A stretch of 30,457 nt of DNA from an uncultured Actinomycetes bacterium (lineage in GTDB: Bacteria > Actinomycetota > Acidimicrobiia > Spongiisociales > DATADW01), in contig CAWGRK010000005.1 of assembly GCA_963824995.1 (NCBI GenBank), positions 62,001-92,457 of the forward strand. Reading direction: 5' to 3'. Shown one piece after another: positions 17,218-25,846 of this stretch. A program made the position numbers and the translations under genes. Positions within the stretch are counted from its first letter, which is position 1. Each line of letters begins with the position of its first letter. The notes below the pieces were generated by a model, which worked only from the letters and a program-made list of their open reading frames with translations, made no database searches and was not told the origin of the DNA.

Positions 17218-18054
17218 ATGCGATCCGTGGCGGTGACACAGACGATCGACGAACTCGAAGCCGCCTTGGCCGGCACTCAGATCACGGGGTGGGACATCGT
17301 CTGGGCGGTCGTGGCGCTCGTCGTGGCGGTCATCCTGTCGAGGCTGGCCCGCGGGGTGATGGTCCGGATGTTGCGCAACGTCGACGGGCTCTCGCTGGAC
17401 GCCAAGCAATTGATCGGTCGCGTGACCGCATGGATGGTGATCCTGCTCGGGATCGCCATCGCGATCAGCCTGATCGGCGGGAACTCCGCTCCAATCATCA
17501 TCATTCTCGTCATCGGCGTTGTGGTTCTGGCACTGGCGCTGCGGGGCACCGCTGAGAACTTCTCGGCTGGGATCGTTCTCCAAACCCGGGGCTCCATAAA
17601 GGTGGGAGACGAGATCTCTTCCTTGGGCTTCACCGGAGTCGTCGAGGAGCTCAACGGGCGGAGCGTCGTCGTTCGCACCATCGACGGGCGGATGCTCCAC
17701 CTGCCAAATGCCAAGGTGATCGAGGAGCCCTTGGCCAATCACTCGACGCTGGGAGCTCGGCGCTCGGAATTGTCGATCGAGTGCGCCAGTTCGGCTGACA
17801 TTGCAACCACGATCGAGTCGATCTCCCGCGCCGCCAGGGAGAGCGAAGGCGTGCTGGCCGACCCCGCGCCGTGGGTCGCGGTTATCTCGGTGGGCGGGGA
17901 GAGAACGAGCCTCGTGCTCCGCTTCTGGCATGTGCCGTCGCAAGGCCCGGTCGTGACCGCCCGGGTGGTTACTTCGGTCGCCGGGTCGATGGACGACACC
18001 GGAGTCATCTCGGTTGGGCCCGTCGCCGCCCCGTACCCCTGGCCGCCCAGGTGA
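17218..18054 (+). CDS. mscS: Small-conductance mechanosensitive channel family protein
   Basis: ENFSAGIVL, IKVGDEI, GVVEEL, RTIDGRMLHLPN. Confidence 0.85.
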   Translation: MRSVAVTQTIDELEAALAGTQITGWDIVWAVVALVVAVILSRLARGVMVRMLRNVDGLSLDAKQLIGRVTAWMVILLGIAIAISLIGGNSAPIIIILVIGVVVLALALRGTAENFSAGIVLQTRGSIKVGDEISSLGFTGVVEELNGRSVVVRTIDGRMLHLPNAKVIEEPLANHSTLGARRSELSIECASSADIATTIESISRAARESEGVLADPAPWVAVISVGGERTSLVLRFWHVPSQGPVVTARVVTSVAGSMDDTGVISVGPVAAPYPWPPR

Positions 18055-18061
18055 TCTGTGT

Positions 18062-18532
18062 TCAGTGCGCCGTGTCGCCGGCGAGCAACTGGAGCGCATG
18101 CGGTAGGACGGGGAGGATCGCTTCCAGGTTCTCCACCGCCCCCTTCGGGCTCCCTGGGAGGTTGACCACCAGCGTTTGACCCATCGACCCGGCCGCGGGG
18201 CGCGATAGCGCCGCCATGGGTGTCGCCGCCAACCCGGCGGTCATCATCAAGTGGATCAAACCAGGGGCTTCACGGTCCAGCACGGCCCTTGTCGCCTCCG
18301 GCGTGACGTCGCGCGGTCCGAAACCTGTACCGCCGGTGGTAACGACCAGGCTTGCCACCGCGGCAAGTTCACCTATGGCTTCTTCGATCATCGGTCGATC
18401 ATCCGAAACCGTCAAACGGGTCACCGTGTACCCGGCCGCTCCGAGTACCGCCTCGAGGGCCTCACCGGACCGATCCTCCCGGGTCCCGGCGATCACTCCA
18501 TCTGACACGGTGAGCACTGCTGCTCTCGTCAC
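18062..18532 (-). CDS. mogA: MogA/MoaB molybdopterin adenylyltransferase
   Basis: [36 protein letters not shown]. Confidence 0.92.
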   Translation of the reverse strand: MTRAAVLTVSDGVIAGTREDRSGEALEAVLGAAGYTVTRLTVSDDRPMIEEAIGELAAVASLVVTTGGTGFGPRDVTPEATRAVLDREAPGLIHLMMTAGLAATPMAALSRPAAGSMGQTLVVNLPGSPKGAVENLEAILPVLPHALQLLAGDTAH

Positions 18533-18711
18533 CGGCTCTCCTCGTTGGTGGATTCGCTTGGTTCCTCATGTTCCTGCTCCTTGGCAGCCGCCGCCGCCCG
18601 GGCCCGGCGCTCGGCGCGGCGGAGCAGCCAGATTGTCGCCAGCGCCGGGACTGCGAACATGAGGATCTCGTCCCAGCCGCCTTGGTGGAGCAGGACCACC
18701 GGGAGCATCAT
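18529..18711 (-). CDS. Small single-TM hypothetical protein (HQGGWDE motif)
   Basis: 60 aa; overlaps both neighbours by 4 bp (ATGA/GTGA); one TM segment and a charged tail. Confidence 0.7.
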   Translation of the reverse strand: MMLPVVLLHQGGWDEILMFAVPALATIWLLRRAERRARAAAAAKEQEHEEPSESTNEESR

Positions 18712-20030
18712 GCGAGAGCGGTGACGGTCATGACAGCGAGAGTGAGCGTCACCATGAGGAGAAGCATCCCATACTCGCGTCGCACCGTGTCACCGGACAG
18801 TTCGAGCGACCCCACCCGGCGATGCGCCACGATGATCGAGGCGATGCCGCCGGCGATGAAGCCTGACGCCTGGAACCACCAGAGGGTTGCAGGGGTGGCG
18901 AAGAAGGCGATCTTCTGATCGGCGGTCCCGAACAGGTCCCATCCCATCCCAAGCGGATCGCTCACCGTCGAGAAGAGGAGTTGTCCCTCGAAGAGCAGGA
19001 CGGGGAGATGGTGGCCGAGCGTCGCCGCCAATGCGAGAGGGGCAAGCGCTGGGGCGAGGTCCCGGAGCGGCGAACGACCGGGAATGGAACGAGACGCGAG
19101 GTTCATGGCTGCCAGCACAAGCGCCGAGGTGGCGATCAAGCCAACCGAACCCAGCCAGATCGAACCCGCAGCGTTGCCCATCGTTCCCAGCCACCACGGC
19201 GTGAACGAGAGTCCATCCCACAACACTGCTCCGATCATGACCGCGACGAACCCCGCCATTCCCGGCGGGGATGCCATGCGGGCCAATGGGTGGAGCCAGC
19301 CACCTTTCCGCCCGCCGTCCGCATCCGTGCCGAGTGGCGAGATCGCCCCTGCGAAACCGTTGTAGGTGGTGAACGGGTCGGCCATCCGGACAGCGGTCTC
19401 GCGACCGGTGACCGCGGCCAACCAGAGCAGAGCAAGCGTGAAGGCGGCCGTCGCCCACCCGATGGCCGTCGCCATTCCTCGGAGGGGAGAGACCACCTGA
19501 AACCATACGAAGACCAGATACCCGATCGTGGCCGGCCAGATCCCGAGTCCCGGTCGCGGCCTCTCCACCTCACCGAGACCGGTCCATCGGGCCAGAGCGC
19601 GCCACGGGTTCAAGGAGGCATACAGATCGCCGAACACGATCTCGACTAGGGGCAGGCCGAGCCAGAAGAGCACGTTGACCAGCACCGGGGCCATGTTGCG
19701 CGACGGGTTGTCCACGCCGGCTATGCCGGTGACGATGACTAGGACCAAACCGACGACGCCGATCACCGGAGCAACGCGGGAAGGGCGGCGGACGGGACGC
19801 TCCGGTATCCCGACTTCTGGTCCGTCGCCTACATCCGACGCTCGGCGGGTCACCACGACGGCGAAGGCCGCCACCAGGATGAGGCCGGCGCCGAAGAGGA
19901 ACACCTCGAGTGGGAGGGGCAGGTCGCCCTGCGGGCCCATCCCGTGCGCGGCAGCAGGCAGTGGATGAAGGAGCAAGGCGAGGAGCAGCACGCCGGCGAC
20001 CCACCACCGGCGGAGGGATCCCCCGGTCAC
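18708..20030 (-). CDS. Polytopic membrane protein (family often annotated as 'fenitrothion hydrolase'/FedB-like)
   Basis: Signal-like N-terminus ending AAA-HG..GDLPLP, NMAPVLV..FWLGLP, LNPWR, WDGLS, SDPLGMGWDLFGT. Start set at GTG 20030, 7 bp after TACGCT. Confidence 0.75.
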   Translation of the reverse strand: MTGGSLRRWWVAGVLLLALLLHPLPAAAHGMGPQGDLPLPLEVFLFGAGLILVAAFAVVVTRRASDVGDGPEVGIPERPVRRPSRVAPVIGVVGLVLVIVTGIAGVDNPSRNMAPVLVNVLFWLGLPLVEIVFGDLYASLNPWRALARWTGLGEVERPRPGLGIWPATIGYLVFVWFQVVSPLRGMATAIGWATAAFTLALLWLAAVTGRETAVRMADPFTTYNGFAGAISPLGTDADGGRKGGWLHPLARMASPPGMAGFVAVMIGAVLWDGLSFTPWWLGTMGNAAGSIWLGSVGLIATSALVLAAMNLASRSIPGRSPLRDLAPALAPLALAATLGHHLPVLLFEGQLLFSTVSDPLGMGWDLFGTADQKIAFFATPATLWWFQASGFIAGGIASIIVAHRRVGSLELSGDTVRREYGMLLLMVTLTLAVMTVTALA

Positions 20031-20053
20031 GGTGGGGAGCGTACAGGCAGGGA

Positions 20054-20081
20054 GACGGCGGACGGCGGACGGCGGACGGCA
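20054..20081. repeat. Heptamer tandem repeat (GACGGCG)x3 + GACGGCA
   Basis: Read directly from the sequence; intergenic. Confidence 0.9.
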
Positions 20082-20112
20082 GCCAAACCGATCCGTCCCT
20101 CGGTAGGGGGAA

Positions 20113-20185
20113 CGCTCCACCGCCTCTCTCCTATCCGACACCCCGAAGGGGTGTCGCATCGCGGAGCGGTGGGTAGTGGGGAGCG
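20113..20185. repeat. REP-like palindromic element
   Basis: Perfect CGACACCCC-GAA-GGGGTGTCG hairpin (20136-20156) nested inside outer arms CCACCGC/GCGGTGG and CGCTCC/GGAGCG. Confidence 0.55.
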
Positions 20186-20295
20186 CCAAGTCTCCAACGG
20201 TGCTCGCTCCGCGGCCGTGGCACCCTTGCGAACCCGTTGCCTCCCCAAAGGGAGTGCGCCGACGGCGCGGGCATCTTCACGCGACAATCGAGACG

Positions 20296-20733
20296 ATGGA
20301 CGTTTTCTTCGAGGCGGCGTTGGAACAGGCGCGACAGGGGGGCGACGAGGGCGGGATACCGATCGGGTCGGTTCTGGTTGTCGATGGTGAGGTGGTGGGA
20401 AGGGGCCACAACCGACGTGTCCAGCGGGGGAGCGTCGTGCTCCACGCCGAGATGGATGCTCTCGAGAACGCCGGGCGCCGCACCGCCGCCGACTACCGCA
20501 GATCCACCCTTTACTCGACGCTTTCCCCTTGCGACATGTGTTCCGGGGCGGTGCTTCTCTACGGCATTCCAAGGGTCGTCGTAGGGGAGCATCGGACCTT
20601 TCGCGGCCCAGAGGCCCATCTCCGAACGCGCCATGTCGAGGTGGTGGTGCTCGACGATCCCGAGTGCATCCGGCTGATGACCCGGTTCATCGCCGAGCAT
20701 CCCGACCTGTGGAACGAGGACATCGGCGATTGA
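20296..20733 (+). CDS. Cytosine deaminase, short zinc-dependent FCY1-like
   Basis: GGIPIGSVLV, GHNRRVQ, HAEMDALENAGR, SPCDMC, C-terminal WNEDIG; start set at ATG 20296. Confidence 0.9.
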   Translation: MDVFFEAALEQARQGGDEGGIPIGSVLVVDGEVVGRGHNRRVQRGSVVLHAEMDALENAGRRTAADYRRSTLYSTLSPCDMCSGAVLLYGIPRVVVGEHRTFRGPEAHLRTRHVEVVVLDDPECIRLMTRFIAEHPDLWNEDIGD

Positions 20734-20781
20734 TGTCGCCGGGTGGCGCAGCCCTTTGTCCCGGTTAGCCTCGCCCCGGTC

Positions 20782-22182
20782 ATGGACCACACCTCCGACG
20801 ATCTTTTGGACGTCCATCCCGGGAGGCAGATAGTCGCGCTCGTCTTGGCGGTGGTCGCGACCTTGCCAGGGATCGTCGTCCGCTTCACCGAGCCGGAGCT
20901 GTCGCCCCCCATCTCGGCGCTGCTGTTTGGATTCGCCATCGTCGGCGCAGCTTTCGTACTCGCCTGGGCCGCCGAGGTGGCGCAACTGGACATCTCAGCC
21001 GGTCTCGCCATAGCGGTGCTCGCCTTGATCGCCGTGCTTCCCGAGTACGCGGTCGACATGGTCTTCGCCTGGAGGGGTGGCGAGGCGTACGAGATGTATG
21101 GCGCAGCCTGCGGTCCTGCCGGTGTCGACTACAACGACACGCCTTGTTCATTTGCCCTAGCCAATATGACCGGGGCCAACCGGCTTCTCATCGGGGTGGG
21201 GTGGTCCATGGTCGTGCTCCTCGCTTCGTGGCGCTACCGGACGTTGACGCGGCGCCGGGCCGCCACGCCGGAGCGGGTGACCGCTGTCCAGATGCACAGT
21301 CTCGAGGGTCAGTCGGGTAGCGGGATCACGCTCGGCCGCGGGCACACCATCGAGGTCGCATTCCTCGCTGCCGCCACCATCTACTCGCTGACGCTGCCGC
21401 TCAAGACGAGCATCACTTTGATCGACGCCGCGGTCCTGGTCGGGATCTTCGTGCTCTACACGATCCGGATATCGCGAGCGCCGGCGGAGGAGCCGCATCT
21501 CGTGGGGCCCGCCCGCTACCTGGGCACGTTCTCCAACACCCCCCGAAGGGTCGCGGTGGTCACGATGTTCGTCTTCGCCGCCACGGTGATCCTGTTGTGC
21601 GCCGAGCACTTCGCCGAGGCCCTCGTGGAATCGGGAGAGGCAGTAGGTGTTCCAGCGTTCTTCTTGGTGCAGTGGCTGGCGCCGCTCGCCTCCGAAGCTC
21701 CCGAGTTGCTCGTCGCCGCCCTGTACGCATGGCGGCTCAACACGAGCAACGCCCTCGGCACCTTGGTCTCATCGAAGGTCAACCAATGGACGCTGCTGGT
21801 GGGGACCCTCCCCATCGTCTTCGCACTCGCAGCCGGGGAATTGGTCGGGCTTCCGCTGGATTCGCTCCAACGAGAAGAGCTCTTCCTCACCGCGGCGCAG
21901 TCGCTGTTCGCGGTGGCTTTGCTGAGCAACCTCTCCCTCGGGGTGCGCGAGGCGCTGGCCTTGGCCGGCCTTTTCTTCGCCCAGTTCATCCTGGGGGCGG
22001 TCGTGCCCGAGCAGTTCATCGCCGCCGAGCGCATAGGGCTCGGCGTTCTCTACCTAGTGCTTGCGCTGGTCATCTTCTTGCGCGATCGCAAGAGGCTGCC
22101 CCACTTGCTGCACGACGGGTTCCGCGCTCCGTATGCGGAACTGATGGCCGAGTCAAAAGGCCAGAACCCCCCCGCCGTCTAG
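20782..22182 (+). CDS. Sodium:calcium (CaCA) family antiporter
   Basis: Alpha repeats AVLPEYAVD / ANMTGANRLL and PLASEAPE / SSKVNQWTLLVG. Confidence 0.88.
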   Translation: MDHTSDDLLDVHPGRQIVALVLAVVATLPGIVVRFTEPELSPPISALLFGFAIVGAAFVLAWAAEVAQLDISAGLAIAVLALIAVLPEYAVDMVFAWRGGEAYEMYGAACGPAGVDYNDTPCSFALANMTGANRLLIGVGWSMVVLLASWRYRTLTRRRAATPERVTAVQMHSLEGQSGSGITLGRGHTIEVAFLAAATIYSLTLPLKTSITLIDAAVLVGIFVLYTIRISRAPAEEPHLVGPARYLGTFSNTPRRVAVVTMFVFAATVILLCAEHFAEALVESGEAVGVPAFFLVQWLAPLASEAPELLVAALYAWRLNTSNALGTLVSSKVNQWTLLVGTLPIVFALAAGELVGLPLDSLQREELFLTAAQSLFAVALLSNLSLGVREALALAGLFFAQFILGAVVPEQFIAAERIGLGVLYLVLALVIFLRDRKRLPHLLHDGFRAPYAELMAESKGQNPPAV

Positions 22183-22216
22183 CGGCCCCCAGCACCGGTC
22201 ACCCGGCCCGTTGGTC

Positions 22217-23473
22217 TCAGACCGAAGCCCATGCCCGAAGTTGGCGGTGGAGAACGCGCTCCTGGCTGAATAGATCGCTGTCGGCAGTCCCTTCGGCGGC
22301 GTGCGGGCTCTTGAGGTAGAACCCGAGCCACTCCTGGATGCCGGTGTTCCCGTGACGGGCGGCCAGGTCCAGCAGCAGGGCAAGGTCGAGGGCGATAGGG
22401 GCGGCCAGGATCGAGTCCTTGCACAGGAAGTCGACCTTGATCTGCATCGGGTATCCCATCCACCCGAAGAGGTCGATGTTGTCCCAACCCTCTTTGTCGT
22501 CCCCGCGGGGCGGGTAGTAGTTGATTCGCACTTGGTGATGCATCTCTCCGTACAGGTCGGGATGCAAGTCGGGCTGCAGGATCTCCTCGAGGACGCCAAG
22601 CTTCGACACTTCCTTCGAGCGGAAGTTGGCTGGGTCGTCGAGGACCTCGCCGTCACGATTCCCCAGGATGTTGGTGCTGTACCAGCCATTGAGCCCGAGG
22701 ACGCGGGCCCGTAGCGCCGGGGCGATGGCGGTCTTGATCATCGTCTGGCCGGTCTTGAAGTCCTTTCCGGCGATTGGCACCCCGTTTCGTTCGGCCAACT
22801 CGCGCAGCGCCGGAACCTCGACGGTCAGGTTGGGTGCTCCGTTGGCGAACGGGACGCCGAGACGCAATGCGGCGTAGGCATATATCTGGCTGGGGGCGAT
22901 GGCGCCGTCGCTCTCCTTGAGCCCGCGCTCGAAGGCGTCCAGCGACTGGTGGACAGCTTCCGGCTCGGAAAATGCCTCGGTGCTGGCGCACCAAACCATC
23001 ACCAGACGGCTGCACGAGTTGCCGAACCGCTCGATGTCCTCGATGACCTGCTCGGCCAGGTCCATGAAGTTGGCACCTGTCTTGAGGTTGTCGGTCCCCT
23101 CGAGCCGGCTTACCCACTTGGGGTCGAAAACGGCAGGCATCGGCTCGATGACCTCTAGGGCGGAGCGGGCCGCCTCCAGGTCCTCGGCGCGGAGGACACC
23201 TGCCCGCCTGGCTGCCTGGTAACCGTCGTCGCCATAGGGATCCCACGCGCCAAAGACGAGGTCATCGAGTGAGGCGAGGTCGAGCACATCGCCGATCCGG
23301 CCCAGGTCATCACCGGCCTCGTCGCGGAGGTGACCGATCTGGGTTAGCGAGCCCACCGCCACGGCACGGCCGGAACGGACGGCATCGACGCCGGCGATCA
23401 AGGTGGTGGTGACAGCCCCCAACCCGGGGATGAGGACTCCAAGCGGGCCTTGGGCGGGTGTCGAATCGGACAA
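22217..23473 (-). CDS. ino1: Myo-inositol-1-phosphate (inositol-3-phosphate) synthase
   Basis: GLGAVTTT, WCASTE, ANGAPN, GKDFKTGQT, STNILGNRDG, WDNIDLFG, DSILAAPIALDL; GGAGG RBS before TTG. Confidence 0.93.
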   Translation of the reverse strand: MSDSTPAQGPLGVLIPGLGAVTTTLIAGVDAVRSGRAVAVGSLTQIGHLRDEAGDDLGRIGDVLDLASLDDLVFGAWDPYGDDGYQAARRAGVLRAEDLEAARSALEVIEPMPAVFDPKWVSRLEGTDNLKTGANFMDLAEQVIEDIERFGNSCSRLVMVWCASTEAFSEPEAVHQSLDAFERGLKESDGAIAPSQIYAYAALRLGVPFANGAPNLTVEVPALRELAERNGVPIAGKDFKTGQTMIKTAIAPALRARVLGLNGWYSTNILGNRDGEVLDDPANFRSKEVSKLGVLEEILQPDLHPDLYGEMHHQVRINYYPPRGDDKEGWDNIDLFGWMGYPMQIKVDFLCKDSILAAPIALDLALLLDLAARHGNTGIQEWLGFYLKSPHAAEGTADSDLFSQERVLHRQLRAWASV

Positions 23474-23567
23474 GAAGTGCCTCCATGGAGGGGTCGTGGT
23501 GGGAAAGTAGGCGTTGAGTGAAGATCATGCAAGCTGATCGAACTGATACACTTCAATAGACTTACTT

Positions 23568-24431
23568 ATGAATAGTCCCACTGCCGATGGGTCTCTCTCC
23601 GCGATACGGATCCAGCACCTCGCATATCTTCAAGCGGTGGTCGATGCGCCCAATTGGACGATGGCGGCCGAGATGTCGGACGTCACGCAGTCGGCCATCT
23701 CGCAGGGAATCGCCCAGTTGGAGAAGAGCATTGGCGTGCCTCTGTTCGTCCGCTCGGGGCGAAGACGCGTGCTCACCGACGACGGCGCCGAAGTGCTCCG
23801 GTTCGCCGCGACCGTGCTCGCCGAGGCGGGCCGTCTGGAGGAGCGCCTCGACCAGCGCCGGCACGGCTTGGCCGGGACCCTGCGAGTGGGCATGATCGAT
23901 GCGGCAGGCCTGTACCTGTTCAACGCGGCGATGATGGAGTTCCGAGAGCAGTTGCCCGAGATCGAGCTCAAGCTCGTGATCGACAGCAGCGAGTCTCTGC
24001 TCGACATGATGCGGCGCGGGTCGCTCGATCTCGCTTTGGTGGTGGCTCCCGCACATGGGCTCCTGTCCGAAGAACTGCTCGCCGAGCCTCTGTTCGTCTA
24101 TGCCTCACGGGGCACGAGAGGACGCCCCGGAACAGCCGCCGAGTGGGCGCTCTACCCAGAGGGATCACATACCAGGGCGGCGATCGACGAGGGATTCGCC
24201 CGTTTGGGGATACGTCCGACGGTGCTGGCAGAGAGCCCCAACCCTTCGGTCCTCAGGCAGATGGCCGACCTGGGCCTCGGATGGACAGTGCTCCCGCCGG
24301 CTGTCGCCGAAGAGGGACCTCGTCCCCTCCGCCGGTGGGGCGAAGCCATCGCAGAGCGCAGGCTGCTCGCCGTCCACCACCCCGGTGGACCCAATGCCCG
24401 GGAGCTCTCGCCTCCTCGAGATGATTCGTAG
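23568..24431 (+). CDS. LysR family transcriptional regulator (C-terminus possibly frameshifted)
   Basis: TQSAISQGIAQLEKSIGVPLFVRSGRRRVLTDDG HTH, GTLRVG, LDLAL, GLGWTVLP. Confidence 0.9.
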   Translation: MNSPTADGSLSAIRIQHLAYLQAVVDAPNWTMAAEMSDVTQSAISQGIAQLEKSIGVPLFVRSGRRRVLTDDGAEVLRFAATVLAEAGRLEERLDQRRHGLAGTLRVGMIDAAGLYLFNAAMMEFREQLPEIELKLVIDSSESLLDMMRRGSLDLALVVAPAHGLLSEELLAEPLFVYASRGTRGRPGTAAEWALYPEGSHTRAAIDEGFARLGIRPTVLAESPNPSVLRQMADLGLGWTVLPPAVAEEGPRPLRRWGEAIAERRLLAVHHPGGPNARELSPPRDDS

Positions 24432-24440
24432 AGTCCACTC

Positions 24441-24884
24441 GTGGAGGAGATAGGACCACTCGAGCCGGCGATCGAGGTGGCGATCCTCGCCGACGCTGTC
24501 CAGGCCGCCGCCGGAAAGCTCTACGTACTCGGCGGAGGTTGGGACACGCTGTTGGTGCCACGGTTCCCTGCCCGGCACAGCATGGGGATCGGTGTCAAGG
24601 TCCGCATCCCCTGGACGCTGACCGGTCGAGACTTCACCCTCGCTGTCGAACTCCAGGATGAGGACGGGCGACCTGTGCCCAACTCGGCAAGGCTCAGACA
24701 CGGCTTCCGGGCAGTGAGGCCTGCGCATCATCCCGAAGGGATCGACGTGAGCGTGGTGCGCGCCCTCACCTTCGCCAACGTCCCCCTCCCCGGGCCCGGG
24801 GGCTACGCATTCTCCGTGCTCCTCGGCGATGTCGAACGAGCACGTCTCAGTTTCAGGGTGTTGGCGAGGCCGAGAAAGGCCTGA
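24441..24884 (+). CDS. Conserved hypothetical beta-sandwich protein (DUF6941-like)
   Basis: ILADAVQA..GKLYVLGGGWD and PGGYAFSVLL motifs; TAGAGT lies 6 bp before the GTG. Confidence 0.75.
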   Translation: MEEIGPLEPAIEVAILADAVQAAAGKLYVLGGGWDTLLVPRFPARHSMGIGVKVRIPWTLTGRDFTLAVELQDEDGRPVPNSARLRHGFRAVRPAHHPEGIDVSVVRALTFANVPLPGPGGYAFSVLLGDVERARLSFRVLARPRKA

Positions 24885-24918
24885 CGGAAGGCGGAAGACG
24901 GAAGCCGGAAGACGGAAG
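24884..24918. repeat. Heptamer tandem repeat (NCGGAAG)x5
   Basis: ACGGAAG GCGGAAG ACGGAAG CCGGAAG ACGGAAG fills the intergenic gap. Confidence 0.9.
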
Positions 24919-24925
24919 GAAAACG

Positions 24926-25846
24926 GTGGGCGCTGTCGAGGTTCGTGGGCTCAAGAAAGCCTATGCAGATGTGGTGGCCGTTGGTGGCATCGACCTCCAG
25001 GTGGAACAGGGCGAGGTGGTGGCGATGCTCGGGCCGAACGGAGCAGGTAAGACTACGACGGTTGAGATCCTCGAGGGTTTCCGAACGCCCGATGCGGGGT
25101 GGGTGACGGTGCTCGGGGCCAAACCGGTTGCCGGCGGGCGTCAGTTCCGCGACAGGATCGGGATCGTCCTCCAATCGAGCGGGATCGAGACCGCGCTCAC
25201 CGTCGACGAATCGCTCGCCATGTACTCGGCCTACTACAGCAACCCCCGTTCACCCGACGAGGTGATCGACCTGGTGGACCTGGCCGAGAAGCGTCACAGC
25301 CGGGTCGGCACCCTCTCGGGCGGCCAGCGCCGGAGGTTGGACCTCGCCTTGGGCATCCTCGGAGACCCGGAACTGCTCTTCCTGGACGAGCCCACCACCG
25401 GGTTCGACCCAGCCGCCCGCCGCCAGGCTTGGGAGGTGATCGATCAGCTGAGCCGATCGGGGACGACGATCCTGCTCACCACCCATTATCTCGAAGAGGC
25501 ACAACGACTGGCCGACAGGGTGGTGGTGATCGACCGGGGGCTGATCGTCGCCGAGGGGGACCCGGTGACTCTGGGAGGCCGGGATACCGCCGGAGCCGTC
25601 ATCTCCTTCAGACTGCCCGATGGCCTTGCCGTGGACGACATCCCCAAGGTGGGGTCGATCGAGGTCGCTGACCCCACCGTCAAGATCATGACCGATCGGC
25701 CGACCGCCGCACTCCACGAGTTGACCAGGTGGGCGATCGACCGGGGTGGTGAGTTGGATGGTCTCGAGGTGACGCGGCCGACGCTCGAGGATGTCTACCT
25801 CGGCCTGGTCGATCAGGCGCCGGGCGACGATTCGGAGTCGACATGA
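24926..25846 (+). CDS. ABC-2 exporter ATP-binding protein
   Basis: GPNGAGKTT, LSGGQRRRL, LFLDEPTTG, TTHYLEEA. Confidence 0.95.
   Translation: MGAVEVRGLKKAYADVVAVGGIDLQVEQGEVVAMLGPNGAGKTTTVEILEGFRTPDAGWVTVLGAKPVAGGRQFRDRIGIVLQSSGIETALTVDESLAMYSAYYSNPRSPDEVIDLVDLAEKRHSRVGTLSGGQRRRLDLALGILGDPELLFLDEPTTGFDPAARRQAWEVIDQLSRSGTTILLTTHYLEEAQRLADRVVVIDRGLIVAEGDPVTLGGRDTAGAVISFRLPDGLAVDDIPKVGSIEVADPTVKIMTDRPTAALHELTRWAIDRGGELDGLEVTRPTLEDVYLGLVDQAPGDDSEST

Noticed and set aside
20031..20295. ORF-track N-terminal extensions of the membrane protein (to 20189) and cytosine deaminase (from 20176)
   Set aside because: They run through the heptamer/hairpin intergenic element and overlap each other; shorter starts have -10 or homology support.
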